Assembly (NCBI GenBank): GCA_963575745.1
Contig: CAUYUJ010000002.1
Location: 310,001 to 374,000, forward strand
Reading direction: 5' to 3'
DNA length: 64,000 nucleotides
Source: Prorocentrum cordatum
Taxonomy: Eukaryota
The stretch's first letter is position 1. Every line of letters begins with the position of its first letter. The position numbers were made by a program, and so were the translations under genes. This document shows positions 20,690-33,499 of this stretch, piece by piece. The notes beneath the pieces are model-generated. The model was given only the letters and a program-made list of their open reading frames with translations. It made no database searches and was not told the origin of the DNA.

Positions 20690-22200
20690 CGTGCGTCCCC
20701 CACGCCCATTTCGGCACATCCCTCACACGCTGCGTGGCCCCATAGGGAGCTCCACCGAAACCCCCAGTGGGACCGCCCGCGCGCGTCCACCACACCCAAT
20801 TGGGTATTTTCCCGCCCGCATGCGTCCCCCACATCCAATTTGGCATTTTCACCCAGCAAGTACAGCCTTTCGTGCCCCAACAGGGAACACCACCGAAGCC
20901 CCCAGTGGGACCGCCCGCATGCGCCCCCCACACCCAAGTTGGCATTGTCACCCACCCAACACAGCGTTTCGTGGCCCTATAGGATCTCCACCGAAGGCCC
21001 AAGTGGGACCGCCCGCATGCGCCCCCCACATCCAATGTGGAATTTTCATCCAGCCGGAACAGCGTTTCGTGGCCCAGTAGGGAACCCCACCGAAGTTCCC
21101 AGTGGGAGCGCCCGTATACGTTTCCCACACCCAATTTGGCATTTTCACTCACCCAGTACAGCGCTTCGTGGCCCAATAGGGAGCTCCACCGAGCCCCCAA
21201 TGGGACCGCCCGCGTGCGTCCCCCACACCCAATTTGGCACTTTCGCAGACCAAGTACAGCGCTTCATGGCCCAATAGGGAGCCCCACCGAAGCCCCCAGT
21301 GGGACCGCCCGCATGCGTCCCCCACGCCGAATTTGCCATTTTCACCCACCCAGCACAGCGCTTCGTGGCCCAATAGGAAGCCCCCAGTGGGACCGCCCAC
21401 GTGCGTCTCCCATATCCAATTTGGCATTTTCACTCGCCCAGTAAAGCGCTTCGTGGCCCAATAGGGAGCCCCACCGAAACCCCCAGTGGGACCGCCCGCA
21501 TGCGTCCCCCACACACAACTTGGCTTTGTCACCCACCCAGTACACCGTTTCGTGGCCCCATAGGAAGCTCCACCGAATCCCCCAGTGGTACCGCCCACAT
21601 GCGTCCCCCACACCCAATGTGGCATTGTCACCCACCCAGTGCAGCGCTCCGTGGCTCCATAGGGAGCTCCACCGAAGCCCCCAATGGGACCGCCCGCATG
21701 CGCCCACCATGTCCTGTGTGGCATTTTCACCCGCCCAGTACAGCGCTTCGTGGCCCCATTGGAAACTCCACCGAAGCCCCCAGTGGGACCGCCCGTATGC
21801 GTCCCCCACAGGGAGCTCCACCGAAGCCTCCAGTGGGACCGCCCGCATGCGCTCCCCATACCCAATTTGGCACTGTCACCGTCCCAGTACAGTGCTTCCG
21901 AGGGTCTTAGGGAGCCCCACCGAAGCCCCCAGTGGGGCCGCCCGCATGCGCCCCCCACACCCAATGTGGCATTGTCACCCACCATTTCCAACGCTTCGCG
22001 GCCCCATGGGGATCTCCACCGAAGCCCCCAATGGGACCGCCCGCATGCGTCCCACACGCCTAATTTTGCATTTTCACCCACCCACTGCAACGCTTCGTGG
22101 CCTCATAGGTAGCTTCACCGATGGCCCCAGTGCTACCGCCCGCATGCGTTCCCCCCCCGCCCAGCGCAGCGCTTCGTGGCACCATAGGAAGCTTCACCGA
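20690..22200. repeat. 99-bp satellite, ~15 diverged units
   Basis: The GTGGCCC anchor recurs at 21168, 21266, 21365, 21453, 21552 and 21651, a period of 98-99 bp with one 88-bp unit. Confidence 0.95.
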
Positions 22201-23396
22201 AGAAGATATTCACAATTGCGGTACCCACAACTTCATATGGTTGGGTCCTTCGCTTGGATAATTTGTTGCTCTCGACCTGGGCGGCCTGCGGGGGACGTCC
22301 GCGGGGGTGCACAGCGGGCGCTCGGGACCTCGCAATAGTCAGGGCATCGCGAACATGGATCAAGGGGCAACTTTAGGGGTGATGCGTCGATGCGGGGGAT
22401 GGGCGGTCTCGTCGGCTCCTCGGCGGTCTTCCAGCCTCGCCTCGCCGGCAGCGTTCCCCAGGGGTGCCCGGAGCGTCCCGAGCGGCCGCCGGAGAGCCGA
22501 GCTGTGGCCCGAAGGCCACGGGGGAATCTCTCGGGGAGGGGGACAGGCTCATCAGGCGATCGCAAACACGGGTCACGGGGGCGTGGATTAGCAACGGGTC
22601 CCGTTTCCATGGGGCATCGCGGATTTCCGCCGCCGAAAGGGGCGTCAGCGGCCGCATTTGGGGGGGGGGGGGGGCACTTCCCCCGATCCATGTATTTGGC
22701 GACCGCGCGCCAAATCCATGGATCGCTAATCCATGTTTGCGCGCCCTCGAGCAAGAGCCGAGGAGGGAAGGCCTCCGACCTGCCCCCCTCGCGCTGCGGC
22801 AAGATCGCGACGAAAGGATTTTCGCTATTCTCGGCCTCCGGGGGCCCTTACCTGGCCTCTGGACCGTCAACAAAACTACTCAGGATGAAAACCGGTTTCG
22901 GGGAAGGGGTCCAGACCGCTGGGGGTCGACGTCGCGAAAAGTCACGACGTCGGAAGTCTGGGGAGGAGGGCCAGTAGAGACAGCGGTAGTTGGCCGTCGG
23001 GGAGGGGGCGCTTCGTCGCCGCGGCCGTGCTATGACGGCACATCGGCTGCAGTTCTTCATAGTTCTCATGAAGGGGGGACCGAAGGGGGGGGCAACGGTA
23101 AGCAGACAAGCCCTTGTGAAAGAGAACGGCAGTGCTGCCGGACAATGGCCTTCCAGTTCTAGAATGAGCCGCTACAATTCGGCAGCGCTGTTGCTAGCCG
23201 GTCCTCATCCTGCTGCGCGGCGCTCAGTGCTGGCTTCCTGACTCTGGCCCCACGGCACCCTCGGGCGCCCTCGTGTTCGAACTCCCTTTGGCCGTGCCAA
23301 CATTGTGGATGAAGGTTTGAAAATTGAACGTCGCACGATGCATGAATCGGGCATCATGGCCACCCGTCCAGACAAACACATCTGTTTTCCGACTAA

Positions 23397-23606
23397 GTGA
23401 GATGTTTTTATTCGTTGTTTTGCCGATCGGTGCGGGCCCTCGCACCCCCCGCCCCCCCCCCCTATGGAGTAGATCTTGGTTGTTTTTTGGCACCTGTTTC
23501 GAGCGGGTGGAGTCTCGCCCAGAGGCAGCACTCTTGCAAACAGTCGCATTAAGCAGAGGTCTGGAGCCGCCCACTGTCGAAACGCCGATTAAAAAAGAAC
23601 GCTCAC
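23397..23606. mobile_element. 210-bp MITE-like insertion with TAA target duplication (PIF/Harbinger-like)
   Basis: TAA|GTGAGATGTTTTTATTCG ... CGATTAAAAAAGAACGCTCAC|TAA, with imperfect terminal inverted repeats. It interrupts element D between ADQLV and GKQMCLSGRVA. Confidence 0.7.
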
Positions 23607-24451
23607 TAACTAACTGGTCTGCCAGCGGGCTCGACGACGCTGCCTTCCGAACCTCCTGATTGGACACGGGATATCATCAGATGCGGGATGCCCCATATTT
23701 TTCGCAAGCAACGCACGTGAAACGAATTGATGCGAGAAAACTCGGCCTTGTTCAATCGCTCCGTCTCCAAGCTGTAGAACACTTTGGCTACGACACATGC
23801 TTCGTATTTGCGTTGTTTCCTTGCCCGGCTCAACGACGAATGGCTCCAGACATTCTTAAGGAGCGTGAAGGAGTTGCGCGCCTCGCCCAGCCTGCGTGCC
23901 ACGGCGCACTTGGCATTGCCGCCAGTGGTGAGCAGACCGCCGAGATAGATTCGTTAATCTACCTTCGGGATGGGATGGCCGCTCGGATCGTATGTGGGCG
24001 AGTCTTTTCAGCCAGCAGAACTACAGTCCTGTCCCAGTTCGGCAGCAATACATACGGAGCGGCAAGCGATAGCAGGCTGTCGAGGGCGCCCTGCAAACAG
24101 TCGGACGACCTTCAGATCAATGCTGTATCGTCCGCGTACTCGACGCCGATTGTCTGGTTGCCCGCGCGCCCCCAGTTCACGTCCTCCGTGATGACTGAAA
24201 AAAGTATCATTAACAGGTATGGTGAGAGTGGGACAGCCCTCGGCTATCGACGCAGACTGTTCTCGGACACCAGATTCCTTTCCCGAGTCGCGCACAGTGA
24301 ATGTTCTGCGCTGGTAGATGGGATGCGACCATGTCGACGTTCTCTTCGGGTAATCCAAACCTGCGCAGCGCCACTTGCATGGCTCCGCGGTCGATGCGAT
24401 TGAAGGCCTTGGATCAACCGAGTAGCAACATTGTCAGTTCGCCATGCTTGA

Positions 24452-24538
24452 ATCCTATGGATTTCCAGAGAAATCCTATGGATTTCCAAAGAAGTCCTCT
24501 GGATTTTCTGAAAATCATGTGGATTTCCTAAGGATCCT
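24452..24538. repeat. Four units of a 21-bp quasi-palindromic minisatellite inserted in the RT of element D
   Basis: AATCCTATGGATTTCC... repeats flanked by ATCCT at 24452-24456 and 24534-24538. Confidence 0.8.
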
Positions 24539-26493
24539 GGGCGGCATCCAACATCCGCTGCACGGCGAGTATAGCCAGGCCTGTGCCCCGGCCACGTCGA
24601 AAGCCAAGCTGGCTGTCGCGGAGGAGGCCTTCCACCCCTCCGGATCGCAGCCGCTGCAGTATGAGGCTCGCGAGCACCTTGAATCCAGCTGCAGGTAGAG
24701 ATATTGGACGAGAGTTTGAAGGCAACGCAGGGCCACCTTTCTTGAAAAGCGTTGTGACAGAGAATCGGCACCAGTCCTGCGGAATCGATTCCGAATGCCA
24801 GCACTGGTTGCACAAGCGCAGCAATATGTCGAGGGCGTCCGCACTCCAGCCCAACGCGGCCCAGAAATCGGGCGGCACGTTGTCTGGCCCACTCGCTCTG
24901 CCTCTCCGCAACCTCGCGAGAACTGATTGAGAACTGATTTGACAACTCTCCGCAGGGCATGTCAAGCGTTGCCCCCAGCTTCGGCTCCTCTGGCACGCCG
25001 ACTCCAGCGCCTGGGCTACATGCCGCCATTGATCTGCGAGTGTGTCGTCAAGGTTTCTGCCCTCTCGCCAGGACCCACCAAGTCGCCAGCCGTGCTGCGA
25101 AGTCTACCTTGGTGCTGGCGGGAAGACCCCTACCGCAGGCGCTCAACTGTGGGCCAGCCGCCGTCCGCCAAGTCTGCTTCCCGCCGTGCTGCCCGGTCCT
25201 TGTTGGCCGCTGACTTGATCTGCTTGTTTTGCGAGGCCTCGAGCTCGATCTGACCCATCGCCCGCGCGTTGTTCCGCAGCTCGATAAAAGGTCTAGCGTG
25301 GCCGTTCGAATCCAAGACCGTTTTGCCCTGACAAGGCGAACGCGCAAGGCAGCATCTGCAGCAGCCTCGATGTTGGAGCGCACCCGTAACGCAGCCATCT
25401 CTAGCGCCGCGTAACATGTCTTGTCCAAGCTCGACAAAACAGTCGCAGAATTCATTCGCCACTGTATCTTGCTCGATACTCCTGATGTCCCGTGCTTCCT
25501 GGGACTCCTTGGCGAGTTTCTTCGGGATGTGCACGCCCAGATCTGCAATGACAACGAAGTGATGTGATTGTAAGGCAATGTCCCGCCTGCTTTTGACTGC
25601 GCGAATAACTCCTCGCCACCGTTCTTGCACAAAAAAATGATCAATCTCTGCCAACTTGCTCGCCGCAATTTCGTCAAATGGGCGGGCAGAAATGTCGAAG
25701 TACGTGACTTGTTGGTGCACTGGGCGCTCGTGGAAGGTGTTCGCCACGACCATGTTCACAGACCTGCATACTTCCACCAGGATATCCCGACTGCTCGCGG
25801 CATCGATCTGTGCTTCGGGGTTGCCGTGGGCGGATGGTCCCAATACATCGTGCTCCCCAGCGCCTCGTCGATGTATCCGGCTGTTGAGATTGAGATCACC
25901 ACAGACAACAATAGGGTCGTGCATTTTTCGTCGTTTGCACAACATCCTTCAGATCATAGAAGAACTCCTCTCGCTCTTCAGCCGGGCGCCCGTTGTGAGG
26001 GGCATGCCTGGTAACGATGCAGATTTGCCTTCCTTCGTTTCGGAGCCACCAGCTCGCCAACCTTGAGCAAAATGTTACGTAAAGCCCAAGATGGCATTGC
26101 CGCATTGCGAACGCGAGGAGATACCAGGAAGCCTACTCCAGCATGGTCTCTCACATCCAGGCCCCCACCAGATAGAACGACCAAGAAACCACTGTGCAGG
26201 AAATATGCTGGACCAGCCAAGTGCGTTTCCTGGAGTCCCAACACGTCGATGCTCCCAGCCTTCATGACCAGCTCGAGCTGCTCCAGCTTTGTGTCGTCCA
26301 TGTGCTTCTCCTCTTACAGGCCCTCCACGCTCCAAGAGGCGAGCCGTCCCATGTACGCACATCGGCCTTTGGGGTCGTTCTGTTCCGGAATTGCCTTGGG
26401 CAGTCCCCTCGTTCCTGGAAACGGTCAGTGACCGCATGTGTTGGCAAGGGTAAGGTCGGTGACATTTCCAGGGCGGTCGCATGGGTACTTGAT

Positions 26494-27513
26494 TTACATT
26501 ATTGGGCGACAGTGGTGCGCAAAACTCCCCAAAGTGTGAAACGCCGATGCGCCGTCCGGGACCCTAGTGATGGGAGGGTTGTGACTTGCCCTTCCAGCGC
26601 CTTTATTCCCAGCGCCTCGCACGAGCTTCTCCTGGCCGTCCTCGAGGATCTTGTCACAATCCTCGCTCTTCAAGTAGCCCTCCCAGCCGGCCTCGTACTC
26701 CACCTTGAGGGCCCCCTCCTCCACGACAGCCGCGAGGACTTTGTCGTCCCCCATGCACAGGGTGCCGGCGTCCTCGTCCACCCACATCGACGACTTCATG
26801 AAACCCCTTTGGAAGAGCATCTATTTCGCTCCGAAAAGAACCTGGCGTGCAACGCGCGTGCCCAAAGGTCGCTCTTCTTCGGCCCAGGCCCGCTTCCCGT
26901 CGGATGTCACGTGTTTAAGGCTCCTGATCGTAGCTACCGTTGTGTCGCGATCTTCCTGCTTCTGGAACTTTGCGAACACCACCTCCTTGAAGTCCCCCTT
27001 CACGTAGGGTTCGGAAGCTGGGGTAGCGTATCCCTCCCACAATCGATGTTTGATCCACTTGGATGCTGACCACTCGTCCCCCATACCCTCCAGACCTCCA
27101 AAGATTGCAATCAACTTGGTGTCATCGGTCCCAGTTCTCATGAGGGCGCGCACCTGGGCTTCCAGCTGCACGATTTGCTTCTGCAAGTCCTGCTGGAGTT
27201 GGTTATCCTGCCATTTCCCGCCCTTTTCCCCCTGGGCCCACGGTCGTTTTTAGCTCTCAAGATCATCGCTCACAGCCTGGATCTTGTTCATGAGGCCTTT
27301 GTTTTTCTCCTCTATTCCCTCCCACGTGTTGTCCATGTTCGCCTCCACTCTCGTCACGTCGTCCTGGAGTTCCTGGACTGTGTCCAGAACTGGCCAAAGT
27401 CGTTCATGAAATGTATTGCCCAAGAGCTCTGCGATCGCACTGAGGGTGACTGCTTGTTGGTGTGCATCTGGGGGCGTAGCAGGTGCCTCCTGCTCCCCCT
27501 AGTCCCCGCCCAT
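26494..27513 (-). pseudogene. Element D ORF1 (coiled coil + RRM-like + C-terminal domain), disrupted
   Basis: QKQIVQLEAQV...IAIFGGL...VVFAKFQKQEDRD...AWAEEERP, continuing in frame past an internal stop at ~26821. It lies upstream of the APE. Confidence 0.6.
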
Positions 27514-28708
27514 GGTGTGCAGCGGGCTGAGCAGCCGCTGTCGAACGTCTCGCTCGGTCCCGAGAGGAGTGCCTGGCTGCCGCGCGTGCGGCCTGCTGCT
27601 GGCACCAGCACGGTCTGCCATTGCGCGCGGCCCGGGGCGATAGCCTCCGATGCAAGATGGCCGGCTGCTACGAACTCGCGGCCCTGGCGCAGCTCGGAAA
27701 GCTTTTGGACCTCGGTAGGGGTCGGGGGATAGACTGTGAGCTGCCGTTGTGTCAGCTCGCCCCGTCGGAGAATCGCGCGGATGTCCTGCGTCGGCGCTGG
27801 ACCCTCCGTGGTGGCGCTGGAGCGCCGGGGGCGCCGCCCCTGGCGCGCTCCGTGCGCGCCAGGGAGGGTGTCCCGTCCCCGCTCCGAGGAATCTGCGCGG
27901 ACCTCCAGATGTCCATGCCGTGTGTCTCTCAATGCAGACATGCTCGCGTCCTGGGGGCCCTGGGCATGCTCGGGAACCGTCAAACGATGAAAAACCGGCC
28001 CCGGGGAAAGGGTCAGAACTTCCATGGACCCCGCAACCAAAACATCAAAGCATCGCATGTCTGGAAAGGCGACCCCACCTGTTGGATGTCCGTTCGTGGG
28101 AGCCTAAAGAATTAAACGGCGACGCTGAAATAAGTGTGTTCTGCATTTTGACAGCATTTGGCCACTTGGCTCTTCCTCCTGCCACTCCTCGCCTTTCCTG
28201 TCCTCGCCTTTTTGGTTCGTCCTCCCCTTCCTCGTTCTTCTCCTGCCCCTTGTGAAGGGGCGAATCCGATCCATACCTGGTCCCAAGTGTGTTCCAAATC
28301 CGGTCAAGACCAGGTCCAGATCGGACAGCGCCAGGGGCCACGTAGGCTCCCACGTGACGGACACGAAGCATCGCTTGTGTGGGAAGTCGGCGGCGAAATC
28401 TGAACCCTACCCTCGCCGATGCAACGATTCAGACAACTTGATGGGCGGCAGCGGCTTCAATCCGCCTTCAATCCGTGAAACTCGTGCACATGTTTAATGA
28501 CCTATGGGCGCGGCGCTGAGGCGAGAGCTAGATTCTGAAAACAAGCCGCCTTCCATCGATGAAACTCGTGCGCATGTTAAAAATTACTCCGACGGCAGGA
28601 CCCCACACGAGAATCCTCTGGGCGAATCTGGGAAAAGCCCTCACCGTCGTCATCGTGGTTGGTGAGGCGTCCTGGCTTGTCTCTTCTGCGTATATTTCGA
28701 AACGAACT

Positions 28709-30763
28709 AACATGATCTGCGGGCCCCATAGGGAGGGGGCTCCCGCCTAAGACTTCCTCGCCATTCACTCACAAACGAGGCTCCCGTCTGATACCTCTCC
28801 CATATTCAGGCCTCAGGAGCCCAAAAGTGACGACAGTTATAAGTTTCCGATGACCCGCTCGGATTAGTAACATGATCTGCGGGCCCCATAGGGACGGGGC
28901 TCCCGCCTGAGACTTCCTCGCAATTCATTCACAGACGAGGCTCCCGCTCGAGACTTCCTCCATATTCAGGCCTCAAGAGCCCAAACGTGACGACAGTTGC
29001 ACGTTGCGGATGACCCGCTCGGATTCGAACATGAAGTGCTGGCCCCATAGGGAGGGGGCTCCCGCCTGAGACTTCCTCACAATTCACTCACAGACGAGGC
29101 TCCCGCTCGAGACTTCCTCCATATTCAGGCCTCCAGAGCCCAAAGGTGACGACAGTTACACGTTGCGGATGACCCGCTCGGATTCGAACATGAAGTGCGG
29201 GCTCCATAGGGAAGGGGCTCCCGCCTGAGACTTCCTCGCATTCACTCACAGACGAGGCTCCCGCTCGAGACCTCCTCCATATTCAGGTCTCAAGAGCCCA
29301 AACGTGACGACAGTTGCACGTTGCGGATGACCCGCTCGGATTCAAACATGAAGTGCGGGCCCCATATGGAGGGGGTTCCCGCTTGAGATTTCCTCACAAT
29401 CCACTCACAGACGAGGCTCCCGCTCGAGACTTCCTCCGTATTCAGGTTTCAAGAGCCCAAAAGTGACGACAGTTGCACGTTGCGGATGACCCGCTCGGAT
29501 TCGAACATGAAGTGCGGGCCCCATAGGGAGGGACCTCCCGCCTGAGACTTCCTCGCAATTCACTCACAGACGAAGCTCCCGCTCGAGACTTCCTCCATAT
29601 TCAGGTCTCAAGAGCCCAAACGTGACGACAGTTGCACGTTGCGGATGACCCGCTCGGATTCGAACATGAATTGCGTGCCCCATAGGGAGGGGTTCCCGCT
29701 TCAGATTTCCTCACAATTCACTCACAGACGAGGCTCCCGCCTGATACTTCTTCCATATTCAGGCCTCAAGAGCCCAAAAATGACGACAGTTACACGTTGC
29801 GGACGACCCGCTTGGATTCGAACGTGAAGTGCGGGCCCCATAGGGAGGGGGCTCCCGCCTGAGACTTCCTCGCATTCGCTCACAGACGAGGCTCCCGCTC
29901 GAGACCTCCTTCATATTCAGGTCTCAAGAGCCCAAAAGTGACGACAGTTGCACGTTGCGGATGACCCGCTCGGATTCGAACATGAAGTGCGGGCCCCATA
30001 GGGAGGGGGCTCCCGCCTGAGACTTCATCGCAACCCACTCACAGACGAGGCTCCCGTTCGAGACTTCCTCCATATTCAGGTCTCAAGAGCCCAAAAGTGA
30101 CGACAGTTGCACGTTGCGGATGACCCGCTCGGATTCGAACATGAAGTGCGGGCCCCATAGGGAGGGGCTCCCGCCTGAGACTTCCTCGCAATTCACTCAC
30201 AGACGAGGCTCCCGCTCGATACTTCCTCCATATTCAGGTCCCAAGAGCCCAAAAGTGACGACAGTTGCACGTTGCGGATGACCCGCTCGGATTCGAACAT
30301 GAAGTGCGGGCCCCATAGGGAGGGGGCTCCCGCCTGAGACTTCCTCACAATTCACTCACAGACGACGATCGTCCAGCTCAATTCCAATACCCACAAGTCA
30401 CAGACGAGGCTCCCGCCTGATACTTCCTCCATATTCAGGCCTCAAGAGCCCAAAAGTGACGACAGTTACACGTTGCGGATGACCCGCTCGGATTCGAACA
30501 TGAACGCGGGCCCCATAGGGAGGGGGCTCCCGCCTGAGACTTCCTCGCAATTTCACTCACAGACGAAGCTCCCGCTCGAGACTTCCTCCATATTCAGGTC
30601 TCAAGAGCCCAAACGTGACGACAGTTGCACGTTGCGGATGACCCGCTCGGATTCGAACATGAAGTGCGGGCCCCATAGGGAGGGGGCTCCCGCCTGAGAC
30701 TTCCTCACAATTCACTCACAGACGAGGCTCCCGCCTGATACTTCCTCCGTATTCAGGCCTCAA
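28709..30763. repeat. 159-bp satellite, ~13 well-conserved units
   Basis: The CATG anchor of AACATGA recurs at 28711, 28871, 29030, 29189 and onward, a period of 159-160 bp. Confidence 0.97.
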
Positions 30764-33499
30764 GTCGGCGAGTAGTGATGATGATGGTGCTGATCGTTCG
30801 ATGCCGATGACGGTGAATGATCGTGCGATGGTTATGGTGATGCTGATTGTGATGAGGATGATGAGTGGGGAGTGATGGTGATGGTGATGGTGATGCGGAG
30901 GAGGAAGCAAAGAGGAGCAGAGGAGAGGGAGGAGGAGGAGGAGAGATCCTGCGCGGAGGGCGTGCAGAGAAAACAAGAACCCCACTTAGGATGTGGGGAA
31001 CAAAAACACAACGTGCGCAGCGCTGGGGCGAGAGTTGCGCTTTGAAACCAAGCCGCCCTCACTCTGTGAAACTCGTGCAAACTTTGAAGCAAATGCGCGC
31101 GGCGCCAAAGCCAGAGCTAGATAAAAAAAAGCGGCCGCCTTCAATCCGTGAAACTCGTGCACATGTTAAACAAAAAACGAAGGCGCGCGGCGCTAAGGCG
31201 AGATCATTCTTTTGAAACCGAACTGCTCGCAATCCGTAGATCCCGTGCGTTTTTACAGCGAATGTGCGCGGCGCCCCGGCGAAAACTAGATTTTGAAAAC
31301 GAGTCTGGGGTGGGCGGACGTTCCCCCGCAATGCACTGAAGGGGTCCTAGCGGAAGTTGACAGATTTGGCGGAAGTTTCCCGCCGATTTTGTTAGCAGGT
31401 TGGGTTCCCGGGTTCCCGGGTTCCCGGTTCCGGGTTCCTGGGTTCCCGGTTATTGTTTCCGGGCCGATTTCGGTGGGTCCGGCCCCCCGGGTTCCCAGTC
31501 GATCTCTTCAGCGAAAACCATCCACTGATTAGGTTTTCTCTCTGGTTTTTTTTTTTTTGCGAAGGCCTTGCGGCCGGTGCCGCCGACCCGGAAGACGACG
31601 AAGATGAAAACGAGGGGGAGGAGGAGCAGGAGGAGGAGGCAGAGGAGGTGTCGATCTCGTGGGCAGGGAATCCCCCGAAGGGAGCCGCCCGACCCCCCCC
31701 CCCCCTCCCCCGGGTATCGGGGTGGGACCTCCCCCCCCCGGGGGGGGAAGGGATAAAAGGGAATGGGCTTCCCCTCCGCGACGCGGCCGTTCCCCCCGAA
31801 GGGAGCCGCCCGGGCTCCCCCCCCCCGAGTATCCGGGTGGTGGGAACCCCTCCACACCCCTCCTCCTCCCCCCCGGGGGAGGGGATAAAAGGGAAGGGGC
31901 TTCCCTTCGCGTAAACACCAAACACCAACGTTGCTCAGATGAGCTTCCCGTCCGCGTCGCGGCCGCTCCCCTCCCCCGAAGGGAGCCGCCCGGGTTCCCC
32001 CCCCCCCGGGCATCCGGGTGGGACCCCCCTAATCGGAAGGGGCTTCGATCGAGTAAGCTACGACGTTGCTCAGATTGGCTTCCCCCCGCGTCGCGGCGGC
32101 TCCTCTTCCCCGAAGGGAGCCGCCCGGGGAGGAAGCGTATCCGGAAAGGACCCCCCTCCCCCCAACCCCCCTCCCGGGCATCCTGGTGGGACCCCCCCCC
32201 CCTCCCCCCCCCCCTGGGGGGAAGGGATAAAAGGGAAGGGGCTTCCTTTCGAGTAAGCTACGACGTTGCTCAGATTGGCTTCCCCCCCGTGTCGCGGCCG
32301 CTCCCCTCGCCCGGGGGGAGCAGATTGGCTTCCCCCCGGGTCGCGGCCGCTCCCCTCGCCCGGGGGGAGCCGACCCTTCCCCCTCTTGGAGCCGACGTAG
32401 CGGTGTCGTGGGCAGCTCCCCTCCCCCGAGGGGAGCCGACCACCCCTCTTGGAGCCGACGTGACGATCTCGTGGGCAGTGTGGGCGACGACGACGACGAC
32501 CCACGCAAGATGACGAGACAAGGACACAGCTTCCACACGCCGACAGGGGGGTCGGCAGATTTGCTGTTTGGCACGGTGCTACAGTTATCCTTCCGTAGAT
32601 AACGGGGGGGGGCTCTTGAATACTTCGTAAGGTTAACGGACACCAAGCATCGCATGTGTGGGAAGCCGGCGGCGAAATCTGAACCCTGCCCTCGCCGATC
32701 AACGATCCAGGCAACTCGACGGGCGGCAGCAGTAGGGTTCGGAATTCGTCGAACGCGTGGCGAAATCCGAGCCGTACCCTTGCCTACCGTGGAATCCGAG
32801 CCTACCCTTGCCCTACCCTTGCCTCCCATCGATTCAGGAGAATCGATTCGGATGCCGCCGCCTGGGAAGACGACCCCACCCGTCGGCGACCGCCGTGCCG
32901 CCCCGGCCCGCCTCGACGGGCTTGTTCCTCAGGTTGGGGGTCCGTAGAGGGGGGTTTATCCCAGGGTGGGGCTGGGCGACGAACCCAGCTGGATGCTCAC
33001 GTTTCCTTCTTCCAGGGGCCGTTTGGAGCGATGTTCCTCCGACCCCGCCTGTGACCCTGCCCCATTTCTTTCTGTCCCTCCGACCAGGGCGGGTCTGGGG
33101 GTGCTGCTTGGAGAGCATGGGCCTCTGCCGTGCCCCCACGGTCTGGTGTTCACCCGTTCTGCTCGGCCCTCCGGGGTCCATCTCGATCTGGTCGGTCCGA
33201 TTCGACATCAGTTTCGGGCGACCCGATCCCATTCGGCTCCCACGTTTGAGCGATCCGATGCGGCCCGATGCTCGAATGGCGCTGTTATGCATCCTGGCGC
33301 GGCCGATCTGATTCGATTCCGACTGCGTGCCGATGTGGCCCGATCCGATGCACATTCCGATTCGACCAGATGTTCGGACTCGATTTGATTGATCCTGCCC
33401 CGCTGGCCATCCGTCTGCATCTTGGTGGAGGAGGGTGTCGTCGAGGAGTGGGGGTCGTCACCTAAGGGGGGCGGTCTCGCAGCGCCCGAGGCTTTCGGC

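Larger units (their letters stand above)
23205..26360 (-). pseudogene. pol: Element D ORF2 (APE + RT), multiply disrupted
   Basis: Fragments 25978-26301, 25130-25945, 24528-24965, 24008-24358, 23606-23902 and 23205-23395 are colinear with an RTE-type ORF2. Confidence 0.88.
23205..27513 (-). mobile_element. Decayed RTE-like LINE (element D) with an L1-type ORF1; ends not resolved
   Basis: Minus-strand APE: IDVLGLQETH, AGVGFLV, VCGDLN, VANTF, EIDHFFV, SHH. RT: ASGPDNVP, LFKKG, RPISL, QLGFRRGRGT, YADD (~24128-24139), IYLG. RTE-type C-terminus: CLRKIWGI, RGRPR. Confidence 0.88.

Noticed and set aside
27645..27672. Possible antisense SL relict at the 5' end of element D
   Set aside because: The similarity (GCAAGATGGC...GCTACG) is too weak and gapped to distinguish from chance.
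28709..30763. CRISPR-like array (also considered for the 99-bp array)
   Set aside because: Whole units are repeated with no unique spacers, there are no cas genes, and the context is eukaryotic.
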